From assembly GCA_964291675.2 (NCBI GenBank), contig OZ219866.1, forward strand, positions 320,001 to 384,000: a stretch of 64,000 nt of DNA, given 5' to 3'. The position numbers and the translations under genes are program-made. The notes below the pieces were generated by a model, which did no database searches, was not told where the DNA came from, and saw only the letters and a list, made by a program, of their open reading frames with translations. Numbering within the stretch: position 1 is the first letter of the stretch; each line of letters begins with the position of its first letter. Positions 8,421 to 17,925 of this stretch are shown here, piece after piece. This DNA comes from Alphaproteobacteria bacterium (GTDB lineage Bacteria > Pseudomonadota > Alphaproteobacteria > MPNO01).

Positions 8421-9452
8421 ATGGCCGAGGTTAGCATGATCGGGATCGATCTTTCGAAGCGGAGTTTTCAGCTGCACGGGATGTGCGCGGACGGCTCGGT
8501 GGGTTTCCGCCGGACGCTGAGCCGCGGCAGGCTGCTCGCCTTTCTGGCGCGTCAGCCGCGCTGCGTGGTGGCGATGGAGGCGTGCGGGGGCGCGCATCAC
8601 TGGGGTCGCGAGATCCTCGATCTGGGCCATGAGGTGCGGCTGGTGCCGCCGGTCTATGTGAAGCCCTTCGTGAAGCGCCAGAAGAACGATGCGGCGGATG
8701 CGGCGGCGATCTGCGAGGCGGCGTCGCGGCCGACCATGAGCCTGGTTGCGGTGAAGACGGCCGAGCAGCAGAGCCGCGGCATGCTGTTCCGGGTGCGCGA
8801 TCTCCTGGTGCGCCAGCGCACCCAGGCGCTCGACGCGCTGCGCGGCCATCTGGCGGAGTTCGGGCTGGTGGCGCCGAAGGGTCCGGCGAGTGTCGGCAAG
8901 CTCGCGGTGGCGCTGGAGGCTGCGCGGGCCGGTCTGCCGGACCGGGTGGGCGAGCTCGCCGGGGTGCTGCTGGAGCAGATCGCCGGGCTGGACGAACAGG
9001 TCGCCGAGCTCGACAAGGAGCTGCGCGCCGAGGCGCGGCGGGATGCGGATGCGCGCCGGCTGATGACCATACCGGGGGTCGGGCCGGTCACCGCGATGGC
9101 GATCCAGGCCTTCGCGCCGCCGCTCGACGGGTTCCGCCGCGGGCGCGACTTCTCGGCCTGGCTCGGGCTGGTGCCGCGCCAGCACACGACGGCCGGCAAG
9201 CCGCGGCTGGGCAGGATATCGAAGATGGGCCAGCGCGATCTCAGGCGGCTCCTGGTGCTCGGCGCCATGTCGGTGGTCCGCAGCGCCGGGCGCCACGACA
9301 CGGTGCGCGACCCGTGGCTGGCCGGGATGCTGGCCACCAGGAAGCCGAAGAAGCTGATCGCCGTGGCGCTGGCCAACCGCACCGCGCGCATCGCCTGGGC
9401 GATGACCACGAGACAGCAGAGCTACCGGGCGCCCGCGCCGAACACCGCCTGA
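8421..9452 (+). CDS. IS110-family DEDD transposase/recombinase
   Basis: GIDLSK, MEACG and KNDAADA (DEDD); IPGVG; WLGLVP; strong GGAGG RBS. Confidence 0.95.
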   Translation: MAEVSMIGIDLSKRSFQLHGMCADGSVGFRRTLSRGRLLAFLARQPRCVVAMEACGGAHHWGREILDLGHEVRLVPPVYVKPFVKRQKNDAADAAAICEAASRPTMSLVAVKTAEQQSRGMLFRVRDLLVRQRTQALDALRGHLAEFGLVAPKGPASVGKLAVALEAARAGLPDRVGELAGVLLEQIAGLDEQVAELDKELRAEARRDADARRLMTIPGVGPVTAMAIQAFAPPLDGFRRGRDFSAWLGLVPRQHTTAGKPRLGRISKMGQRDLRRLLVLGAMSVVRSAGRHDTVRDPWLAGMLATRKPKKLIAVALANRTARIAWAMTTRQQSYRAPAPNTA

Positions 9453-9717
9453 GCGCGGCGGATGCGGGCCGCCGTCGGCAGTGCGGGCGAGGTCTGAGGA
9501 CGGGTAAGGACAAACGGTCGATGAGACGGGATCGGGAAAACCAGTTTGATCCGGCGCGCCGAAGAGCACGCGTGCCCGATTTGGACCCGATCCGCGTATG
9601 CCATACAGGCCCGCGGCGCCGCATAGGCCGCAAGCAGAGGCCGCATAGACGACAGCACCTGACCGCACTGTCCGAACCGTTCGAAAAAAACCTTGCACCG
9701 CCGGGGGCGTCCATAGA
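9453..9717 (+). ncRNA. putative bridge RNA/seekRNA of the IS1111-group element (ends approximate)
   Basis: Stem GGATCGGG (9529)/CCCGATCC (9586) encloses TTGATCCGG and GTGCCCG, which match the target; CATAGACGA (9644) matches the donor junction. Confidence 0.8.
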
Positions 9718-9757
9718 CGGATCAAGTCCGGGCATGACGATCGGGGGCCATGACGGG
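9718..9757. repeat. REP-like palindromic repeat, right part
   Basis: CGGATCAAGTCCGGGCATGACGAT is the reverse complement of the left arm. Confidence 0.85.
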
Positions 9758-9786
9758 TTGCGGGAAGGGCGCGGCCGGAGGGGCCG

Positions 9787-10740
9787 CTACGCGGGATCAG
9801 GGGCGGGCGACCGGTGCGTTTGCCGCGCGGCTTCGCCGCGCACCCAGTCGCGGAACGCCCTGACCCCGGGCCGCTCCAGCGCGCCGGGCGCGGTGCAGAG
9901 CACGTAGGAGGCGGGCGCGGGAACGCCGCTGCCGAAGAGCGGAACCAGAGCCCCCCGTTCGAGCTCGTCGGCGATCATCCTGGCATGGCCGAGGGCGACC
10001 CCCATGCCCTCGACCGCCGCCCGCACGGTCATGCTGTGCGACTGGAAGCCGGAGGCGAGGGAGAGGTCGGCCGGGGCCGCGCCGTGATGCGCGAACCAGT
10101 ACGCCCAGTGGGGCGCCCAGCCGAGGTCGTAGAGCAGCGGCCAGCGGTGCAGGTCGTGCGGCTCCGCGGGGCGGGCGTGCCGGCGCAGCAGCGCCGGACT
10201 GCATACCGGAACCAGCGTCTCCTCGAACAGCGTCTCGCAATCGGGGGCCGCGTCGACCCGGTCGGTGAAGGCGATCCACGCATCGAAGTCCCGCTGCGCC
10301 GGGGCGAAGGCGCCGCGGTCGGTCTCCACCTCGACGGCCAGATGGGGGTGGGCGGCCTTGAAGCCGGGCAGCCGCGGCGTCAGCCATTTCTCCGCCACCA
10401 CCTCGACCGCGACGAGCTTGAGCCGTGGCTCCCGGCCGCCGTTGCGCAGCCGGGCGTTGGCCTGGCGCAGACCGGTCAGCAGGCGCCGAACGTCCTCCAG
10501 ATAGGCCTCGCCCTCGGCGGTCAGCCGAACGCCCTGGCTGTGACGGGTGAACAGCGCTACGTCGAGACACCGCTCCAGGCACTTGACGCGATAGGCGATG
10601 GCGGCCGCGGTGATGCCGAACTCCGAGCCGGCCGCGACGAAGCTCCCGAGGCGCGCCGCCGCTTCGAAGAAGGGCAGCGTATCCAGCACGCGCGAATCGG
10701 GCGGTTGCGTCTTCGGCGGGATCTGCGAGGGGCCGTGCAA
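9787..10740 (-). CDS. LysR family regulator (GcvA-like)
   Basis: 'FEAAARLGSFVAAGSEFGITAAAIAYRVKCLE' HTH; 'PVCSP' and 'G.GVAL' in the substrate domain; start uncertain. Confidence 0.9.
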   Translation of the reverse strand: MHGPSQIPPKTQPPDSRVLDTLPFFEAAARLGSFVAAGSEFGITAAAIAYRVKCLERCLDVALFTRHSQGVRLTAEGEAYLEDVRRLLTGLRQANARLRNGGREPRLKLVAVEVVAEKWLTPRLPGFKAAHPHLAVEVETDRGAFAPAQRDFDAWIAFTDRVDAAPDCETLFEETLVPVCSPALLRRHARPAEPHDLHRWPLLYDLGWAPHWAYWFAHHGAAPADLSLASGFQSHSMTVRAAVEGMGVALGHARMIADELERGALVPLFGSGVPAPASYVLCTAPGALERPGVRAFRDWVRGEAARQTHRSPAPDPA

Positions 10741-10996
10741 GGCTCTGGCCTCCGGACCATGGCGGAAAGCCGGGACAGCCGCCGCCCTGCCGCGGCGGCG
10801 AGTAGCCCGACCGAATATATCGATAAGATCATGTTAACATTTTTTTTGCGCATGATACAGGCCCTCGCATGTCGCAGCCGCCGCCATTGCCGGCCGGGCG
10901 CCTTGACGCGGGCCTCGTCAACGGTAATTTTGGGGAGAGGCCTCAGGTCGCCGCGCATTGCGGCCGGGAGCAGGGGTTGGCGCCCGAAACGCGCAG

Positions 10997-11071
10997 GCGG
11001 GTGTAGTTCAGCGGTAGAACGTCAGCTTCCCAAGCTGAATGTCAGGGGTTCGACTCCCCTCACCCGCTCCA
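10997..11071 (+). tRNA. tRNA-Gly(CCC)
   Basis: Cloverleaf with acceptor GCGGGTG/CACCCGC, anticodon loop TTCCCAA, TTCGA and CCA end. Confidence 0.97.
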
Positions 11072-11088
11072 CCCCTCCGGCGGCGGCC

Positions 11089-12534
11089 TCACCTGAGATA
11101 GCCGGGCAGCCAGGTCGCGACCTCGGGCGCGGCGATCAGCAGCACCAGCACCGCGAGCTCGATCAGGATGAACGGCATGGCCGACATCACCACCTGCCCC
11201 AGGGTGACGCTGAACGGCGCCACCCCCTTCATCACGTAGAGCAGCAGCCCGAAAGGCGGGGTGAGCAGGCTGATCTCCATGGTGATCAGCATGAGGACCA
11301 TCAGCCAGATCACGTCGATGTCGAACACCGCCTGGAGCGACTGCGCGCCGAGCAGGAAGAAGGGCAGCGTGAGAAGCAGCATGCTCACCTGGTCCATGAA
11401 GGCGCCGAGGAACAAGAGTACCGCCATCATGATGATCACCACGGCGAGCGGCGTGAGCTGCATCGCGGTGACCGCCCGCAGCAGCCCGTCGGTGGCGCCG
11501 GAGTTGGACAGCGCCTGGCTGAACACCAGCGAGCCGGCGATGATGAACAGGATCATCACGTTGATCTTGGCGGTCTCCATCAGCGACTTGGCGATCGCCC
11601 GCCAGCCGAAATCGGCGCCCTCGATGCCGGTGACGGTCACGGTGCGCCGGAACAGGCGGAAGAAGTAGCAGGCGGCGAGCGCGGCGAGGCAGCCGAGCGC
11701 CGCCGCCTCGGTGGGGGCGGCGATCTTGAAGAAGATGCTGCCGACGACGACCACGAAGATGATCATCAGCGGCAGAATGTAGAGCAGGAAGGGCAGTACC
11801 CGGTTGACCGCCTGGCGGTGGCGCCCGGCATAGGTCCACGACCAACGGGTCCTGCCCGCGAGGTTGAGCGAGACCGTCACCGGTGCGTCGAGCGCGCTGG
11901 TGTCCGGCGTATAGGCCGGCGCGAGCTCGGGGTTGATCGTGCAGCGCCCCACCACGTAGGCGAAGAACAGGGCGGCCATCAGGATGCCGGGGACGATGCC
12001 GGCGATCAGCAGCAGCGCCACCGACTGCTCGGCCAGGCTCGCCAGCAGCACCGCGAGCGCCGACGGCGGGATCAGCATGGCGATGCCGCCGACCGCCATG
12101 ATCGGCCCCATGGAGATCGAGGGCTGGTAGCCGCGCTTGACCATGTCGGGCAGCAGCACCGAGCCCAGGATCGCGGTGTTGGCGATGGTCGAGCCCGACA
12201 GCGAGGAGAAGATCGTCCCGCCGACGATGGAGACCACCGACAGCCTGCCGGGCACGCGGGCGATCATCCGGTCGATCGCGCCGATCGCCTTGAAGGCGAC
12301 GCCGGTCTGCAACAGGATCTCGCCCATCAGCAGGAACAGAGGGATCGGCGCGAGGGTGAACTTGATCGCGTTGTGGAACTCGGCCGGCATGAAGACCAGC
12401 CCGATATCGCCGTTGATGAACAGGAAGGTGCCGAGCACGTTGGCGGCGAAGAAGGCGAGCGCCACCGGCATGCCGAGGAACATCGCGGTGCACACCGTGC
12501 CGAGCAGCAGGATGAAGGCCCAGTACCACTCCAT
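11089..12534 (-). CDS. dctM: TRAP transporter large permease
   Basis: 'LGMPVALAF', 'PIPLFLLMGEIL', 'LIPPS', 'PTEAA' and 'LLTPPFG'. Confidence 0.93.
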   Translation of the reverse strand: MEWYWAFILLLGTVCTAMFLGMPVALAFFAANVLGTFLFINGDIGLVFMPAEFHNAIKFTLAPIPLFLLMGEILLQTGVAFKAIGAIDRMIARVPGRLSVVSIVGGTIFSSLSGSTIANTAILGSVLLPDMVKRGYQPSISMGPIMAVGGIAMLIPPSALAVLLASLAEQSVALLLIAGIVPGILMAALFFAYVVGRCTINPELAPAYTPDTSALDAPVTVSLNLAGRTRWSWTYAGRHRQAVNRVLPFLLYILPLMIIFVVVVGSIFFKIAAPTEAAALGCLAALAACYFFRLFRRTVTVTGIEGADFGWRAIAKSLMETAKINVMILFIIAGSLVFSQALSNSGATDGLLRAVTAMQLTPLAVVIIMMAVLLFLGAFMDQVSMLLLTLPFFLLGAQSLQAVFDIDVIWLMVLMLITMEISLLTPPFGLLLYVMKGVAPFSVTLGQVVMSAMPFILIELAVLVLLIAAPEVATWLPGYLR

Positions 12535-12537
12535 CGC

Positions 12538-13068
12538 TCAGAACCCCGACCCGGCGGCCGGGTCCTTGTCCGCTTCCAGGGCTTCCGGCGCGCGGCGGAA
12601 GCGCAGCGCGAACTCGATCGCCAGCAGCAGGAAGGACAGCGCGAAGACCGCCATCATGTACCAGTTCTCGATCCTGAGATCCTTGTCCGGCAGGGTGCCG
12701 TCCTGGAATTCGAGCAGCGCGAGCCGCAGCCCGTAGACGCAGAGCAGCAGGCAGAGCAGCACCCCCGCCACGTCCAGCACCTTCTCCAGCCGGGCGGCGG
12801 CGGCCTTGGGGAGCGCCGCGGTCACCACGTCGACGCGGATATGCGCGCCCTGGCGCAGCACCCAGGGCGCGCCGATGAACACGCCGACATAGAGCGCGTA
12901 CTCGACCGCCTCGAACAGCCAGGGAAGGGTGCCCCACTCCGCCTTGACGAGGAAGAGGTTGAGCGGGATGAGCACCGCGAACAGCCCGACCGAGACGGCG
13001 ACCAGCACCGCCAGCCACTCGACGAAGCGCGCGAACGCCGCTTCGAATGCGTCGATCCGGCTTGCCAT
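12538..13068 (-). CDS. dctQ: TRAP transporter small permease
   Basis: Four TM segments; 'GAHIRVD'. Confidence 0.9.
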   Translation of the reverse strand: MASRIDAFEAAFARFVEWLAVLVAVSVGLFAVLIPLNLFLVKAEWGTLPWLFEAVEYALYVGVFIGAPWVLRQGAHIRVDVVTAALPKAAAARLEKVLDVAGVLLCLLLCVYGLRLALLEFQDGTLPDKDLRIENWYMMAVFALSFLLLAIEFALRFRRAPEALEADKDPAAGSGF

Positions 13069-13153
13069 GGCGCGCCGCGCGGTCGTCCGGCCGGGGGGTG
13101 GGCGGAAACCCGCGTGACGCGCCGGCTCCCGCCCTCGACTCCCGTGTCGGCCG

Positions 13154-14140
13154 CTACTTGGTGAACAGCGCCCTGAGCTTGGGGCCGTGCTCCGGGCTGC
13201 GTTCGATCACCTGCGCCCAGGCCGCGTCATTGGCGGTCTTGACCCACTTCTCGCCCTCGGCGCCGGTGAAGGTGATGGTCTTCAGCCCCTCGCTCGCCAT
13301 CCAGTCGAGCTGCTTCTTCTGCCTCGCCTTGAACTTGGGTCCGCTGGTCTCCGCGTCGACCTCGAAGGCGAGCCCGATCTTCTCGATGATGTCGCGCGCG
13401 GCCTGCGGCGTCTTCTTCCACGCCCTGAGATTGGCCAGCGTGTGCAGCGTGGCGAGGTAGAAGCCGGGATCGACCCGGTACTTGGTCACCTTGATCCACG
13501 CCGGCACCCAGCCCACCGCCGGCCACCCGAAGCCCTGGACGGTGTTGTTCTCCATGTAGGTGTAGACCTGGGCGATGTTGGAGAGCTGGGTGGTCGCGCC
13601 AAGCGCCTTGAAGAACGGCGTGTAGACCGGCGACACGCGAAGATGGAGGCCGGTCAGATCGGGCTTGTCGATCGGCTTCGACAGCCACAAATGGAACGGA
13701 CCGTTGTCGTCGTGCCGGGCGATGAACTGGATGTTCTTCTTCGCCAGCAGCTGTTGAGCGTAGTCGAGCGCACCGTTCTTGCGCAGCTCCGCATAGGTCA
13801 TGTTGCTGAGCCGGAATACCGGCGCCTCGGGCAGCACGTTGCCGAAATAGGCCTCCGTGCAGCCCACCATGTCGTAGGCGCCCCGCGCCATCTTCTGGGT
13901 CAGGGTGAACGGGCTGCCGATCGCCGGCGCGCCGCCCTTGAGGTCGATCTTGACGGTATCGCCGCCCTGGGCGTTGATCTCCTTGACCAGCGCCTCGAAG
14001 GACCGGCTGGGCGGGCTCCCGATCGGGAAGCAGCTCGCCGCGGTCAGCGTCGTCGCGGCGGATGCGGGCATCGTCGAGCCGCCGAGCGCGGCGGCCGCGG
14101 CAAGGACGGCCGCGCACGCGAATTCAATACGCCTGGTCAT
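13154..14140 (-). CDS. dctP: TRAP transporter substrate-binding protein
   Basis: Signal peptide; 'DLTGLHLRV' and 'QVYTYME..TVQG'; in an operon with dctQM. Confidence 0.88.
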   Translation of the reverse strand: MTRRIEFACAAVLAAAAALGGSTMPASAATTLTAASCFPIGSPPSRSFEALVKEINAQGGDTVKIDLKGGAPAIGSPFTLTQKMARGAYDMVGCTEAYFGNVLPEAPVFRLSNMTYAELRKNGALDYAQQLLAKKNIQFIARHDDNGPFHLWLSKPIDKPDLTGLHLRVSPVYTPFFKALGATTQLSNIAQVYTYMENNTVQGFGWPAVGWVPAWIKVTKYRVDPGFYLATLHTLANLRAWKKTPQAARDIIEKIGLAFEVDAETSGPKFKARQKKQLDWMASEGLKTITFTGAEGEKWVKTANDAAWAQVIERSPEHGPKLRALFTK

Positions 14141-14367
14141 GTCGATCGTCTCCCTGTTCGTCTCCCCGCCGGTCCTGCCGGCGGCCGGTCGGCGGAGTCT
14201 ATAGCCTATCCGGTCCGGTTGGAACCGCGGCGGAATTCCGCCCTTCGATAGGGGCTTATCCAGATTACTTGACGGAGCGGGGGCCGGGCGTCACGGGGGG
14301 CGGCGCGCCCGCCGGCGATCCCCGGCGTCGCGCCCGAACGTCGGAACGCTCGCCATGCCTCCCCACC

Positions 14368-14538
14368 TCGTCATGCACCCCCCGTCATGCCCGGACTTGA
14401 TCCGGGCACCCATGCGGCCTATCGGCGCGCACGGCGGGCCGTGGGGAGGCGTGGCGGCGCCGGTGGGTGGCCGGATCAAGTCCGGCCATGGGTGCCCGAA
14501 TCACCCCCGGACTCGATCCGGGGGCCGGGCATGACGGA
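14368..14538. repeat. REP-like palindromic repeat cluster (same family as the IS target)
   Basis: GTCATGCCCGGACTTGATCCGGGCACCCA with inverted partners ...GGATCAAGTCCGGCCATG and ...CCGGGCATGAC. Confidence 0.88.
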
Positions 14539-14583
14539 AGAAGTGTCGTTGGCGTCCCGCCCGGCAAGTATTCGGTATAAGCC

Positions 14584-14638
14584 CCCTTCGATACGCCCCG
14601 GCTCGGGTCCGGGGCTTGTTCCGGGGCGTATCGAAGGG
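14584..14638. repeat. 18-bp perfect inverted repeat (second repeat family, possible terminator)
   Basis: CCCTTCGATACGCCCCGG / CCGGGGCGTATCGAAGGG directly after the livF stop. Confidence 0.8.
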
Positions 14639-14642
14639 CGGC

Positions 14643-15352
<710 letters not shown>

Positions 15353-15356
<4 letters not shown>

Positions 15357-16084
15357 TCCCGGACGCGCCCGAGATAGGCCTCGATCACCGTCGGGTCGGC
15401 GGCGATCTCGCCGGGCGGCCCCTCGGCGATCTTGACCCCGTGATGCAGCACGACGAGGCGCTCGCAGAGCCGCATCAGCGCCCGCATGACGTGCTCGATG
15501 ACGACGACGGTGAGGCCGTGGCGCTCCTTGAGCCCGACGATCATCTCCAGCGCGTCCGACACCTCGGCCGGGGTGAGGCCGGCCATCACCTCGTCGAGCA
15601 GCAGCAGCCGGGGCCTGGTGGCGAGCGCCCGGGCGATCTCCAGGCGCTTGCGCCCGGCGAGCGTCAGCGTGCCGGCCGGGTCGGCGGCGCGCGCGGCGAG
15701 CCCGACCTCTTCCAGCACCTGCATCGCAAGCTGCCCGGCGGCGCGCGGCGAGCGCTCGCGCCCGCTGCCGAACAGCGCGCCGACGGCCACGTTCTCGCGC
15801 ACGCTGAGCCCGGCGAAGGGGCGGACGATCTGGAACGCGCGCGCGATGCCGAGCCGGTTGACCCGGTCGGGGCGGAGCCCGTCGATGCGCCGGCCGCGGA
15901 AGCGGATCTCGCCCGCGCCCGGGCGCAGATTGCCGGCGATCAGCCCGAACAATGTGGTCTTGCCGGCGCCGTTGGCGCCCATCAGGCCGAGGATCTCGCC
16001 CTCCTCGACCGCCATGTCCATCGAATCGACCGCGACCACCCCGCCGAAGCGGCGCCCCACCCCGCTGAGCTCCAGGAGGCTCAT
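15353..16084 (-). CDS. livG: branched-chain amino acid-type ABC ATPase
   Basis: MSLLELSG...GANGAGKTT, LLLDEVMAGL and VIEAYLG. Confidence 0.93.
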
Positions 16085-16989
16085 CCGCGCGCCCGCCGCC
16101 AGGCCGCGATCCGGCCGTGGATCCCGTCCGGCACCCCGAGCACGAAGGCGACCAGCAGCGCGCCGAGCAGGATCATGTAGATCTCGGGCCAGTTGGCCCA
16201 CAGCATCTCCTGCAACAGCACCAGGAACAGCGCGCCGAGGACCGGCCCGGGCACGTCGTCGCCGCCGCCGATGATGGCGATCGAGACGATGGTGAACGAG
16301 GTGATCGGGTTGAACAGGTCGAGCGGCTCGAAATAGGTCGTCCGCATCACCATCGCCGCGCCGACCATGCCGGGGACCACCGCCGACAGGGCGAAGGCGA
16401 GCACCTTGTAGCGCGCCACGTCGATACCGAGCGTCTCGGCGGCCTCCTCGTTCTCGCGGATGGCGCGCAGCCCGGCGCCGAAGCGCGAGCGCCGCACCGC
16501 ATAGGTGATCGCCGCCGAGGCGGCGGCAAGCGCCAGCACGACATAGAAGATCTCGGCGAGCCCCGGCCCGCCGAACAGCAGCCTGCCGAACTGGCCGAGC
16601 GCGGCCTCGATGTTGATGACGACGAACTTGACCAGCTCGGCCAGGCCGAAGGTGAGGATCACGAAATAGGGCCCCCGCACCCGGAGGCAGGGATAGCCGA
16701 CGACCAGCGCGAGCAGCCCGGTCGCCGCGCCGGCGACGATCACCGAGGCCCAGAACGGCAGCGAGCCGAAGCACAGCACCATCGCATAGGCGCCGGCGCC
16801 GAAGAACACCGCGTGGCCGAGCGAGACATAGCCGGTCATCGCCGACAGCACGACCCAGCTCTGGGTGAGCGCGATCCACATCAGGAGGTTGAGCGCGACG
16901 CCGATCGCGTAATCCCCGCCGAGAAACGGGACCAGGGCGAAGGCGGCGGCGAATGCGGCCAGCAGGGCGGCGAAGCAAGGCGGGGTCAC
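16081..16989 (-). CDS. livM: branched-chain amino acid-type ABC permease
   Basis: 'GYVSLGHAVFFGAGAY' and 'AIRENEEAAETLGI'; GTG start overlaps the livH stop. Confidence 0.9.
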   Translation of the reverse strand: MTPPCFAALLAAFAAAFALVPFLGGDYAIGVALNLLMWIALTQSWVVLSAMTGYVSLGHAVFFGAGAYAMVLCFGSLPFWASVIVAGAATGLLALVVGYPCLRVRGPYFVILTFGLAELVKFVVINIEAALGQFGRLLFGGPGLAEIFYVVLALAAASAAITYAVRRSRFGAGLRAIRENEEAAETLGIDVARYKVLAFALSAVVPGMVGAAMVMRTTYFEPLDLFNPITSFTIVSIAIIGGGDDVPGPVLGALFLVLLQEMLWANWPEIYMILLGALLVAFVLGVPDGIHGRIAAWRRARG

Positions 16990-17876
16990 CGCACCACGCT
17001 CCTGCGGCCGAACAGCCCCTGGGGGCGCCATACCAGGATCGCGATGAACACGCCGTAGATCAGGATCGAGCGCATGCTGGCGCTGGTGAGCGCCACGCCA
17101 TAGACCTCGATCGCGGCGAGCACCGCGGCGCCGGCGAGCCCGCCCGCGATATTCCCGAGCCCGCCCAGGATGATCACGATGAAGGCGGCGATGGTGAAGG
17201 GGAAGCCCATGAAGGGCGAGACCTGCTCGATCATCGAGATCAGGCAGCCGGCGACGCCGGCGATGGCGAAGCCGAGCGCGAAGGCGACGGTCCGCATGCG
17301 CTCGACGTCGACGCCGACGAGATGCGCCGCGTCGGGCTGCTCGATCAGCGCGCGGATCGCGAGCCCGGTGCTCGACAGGCGGAAGAACAGGATCGCGGCG
17401 AGGCAGAGCGCGAGCCCGATGCCGAGCACGACGAGCCGGTCCGCCGTCACCTGGAAGGCGCCGATGCGCACGATGTCGTCGAGATAGGGGTAGGCGCGGG
17501 CGGTCGCGGTGAAGGAGAGCGCGATCGCGTTCTGCAGGACGATCGAGACGCCGAACAGGACGAGCAGCGAGTTGGCCTCGATCTGCTCGATCAGCCGCGC
17601 CGAGCGCAGCACCCGGCGGCACAGCGTGCGATAGACCGCGGCGCCGAACGCGCCGGCCAGCACCAGAGCGAGGAACATCGACCACACCGGCCCGACCCCG
17701 GTCAGGGTGAAGCACCAATAGGCGAGATAGCCGCCCAGCATCAGGATCTCGCCATGCGCCACGTTGAGCAGCCGCATGGTGCCGTAGATCAGGTTGAGGC
17801 CGAGCGCGACCAGCCCGTAGATCCCCGCCAGCACCAGGGCGGCGATCAGCAACTGGCCGGAGAGCAGGTCGGCCAT
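16986..17876 (-). CDS. livH: branched-chain amino acid-type ABC permease
   Basis: 'ALGLNLIYGTMRLLNVAHGE' and 'ILGGLGNI.G'. Confidence 0.92.
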   Translation of the reverse strand: MADLLSGQLLIAALVLAGIYGLVALGLNLIYGTMRLLNVAHGEILMLGGYLAYWCFTLTGVGPVWSMFLALVLAGAFGAAVYRTLCRRVLRSARLIEQIEANSLLVLFGVSIVLQNAIALSFTATARAYPYLDDIVRIGAFQVTADRLVVLGIGLALCLAAILFFRLSSTGLAIRALIEQPDAAHLVGVDVERMRTVAFALGFAIAGVAGCLISMIEQVSPFMGFPFTIAAFIVIILGGLGNIAGGLAGAAVLAAIEVYGVALTSASMRSILIYGVFIAILVWRPQGLFGRRSVVR

Positions 17877-17925
17877 CGCCGTCTCCCGGCCGCGCGGCGG
17901 GGCGCGTCGCGGGCGGGCGCGGGCG

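Larger units (their letters stand above)
8342..9717 (+). mobile_element. IS110 family, IS1111-group insertion sequence
   Basis: Sub-terminal IRs TGGACGCCCCC (8348..8358) and GGGGGCGTCCA (9703..9713); CG core on both sides (8340-41, 9718-19); removal restores the repeat arm GTGGGTGCCCGGATCAAGTCCGGGCATGAC. Confidence 0.93.

Noticed and set aside
9814-13164. Very long ORFs such as 9814..13164 (+), 46676..49765 (-) and 59127..62888 (+)
   Set aside because: Antisense or off-frame shadows of well-supported genes in high-GC DNA; Arg/Gly/Ala-rich with no motifs
8233-14638. Palindromic repeats as a CRISPR array
   Set aside because: They are inverted, nested and dispersed, with no regular repeat-spacer period and no cas genes
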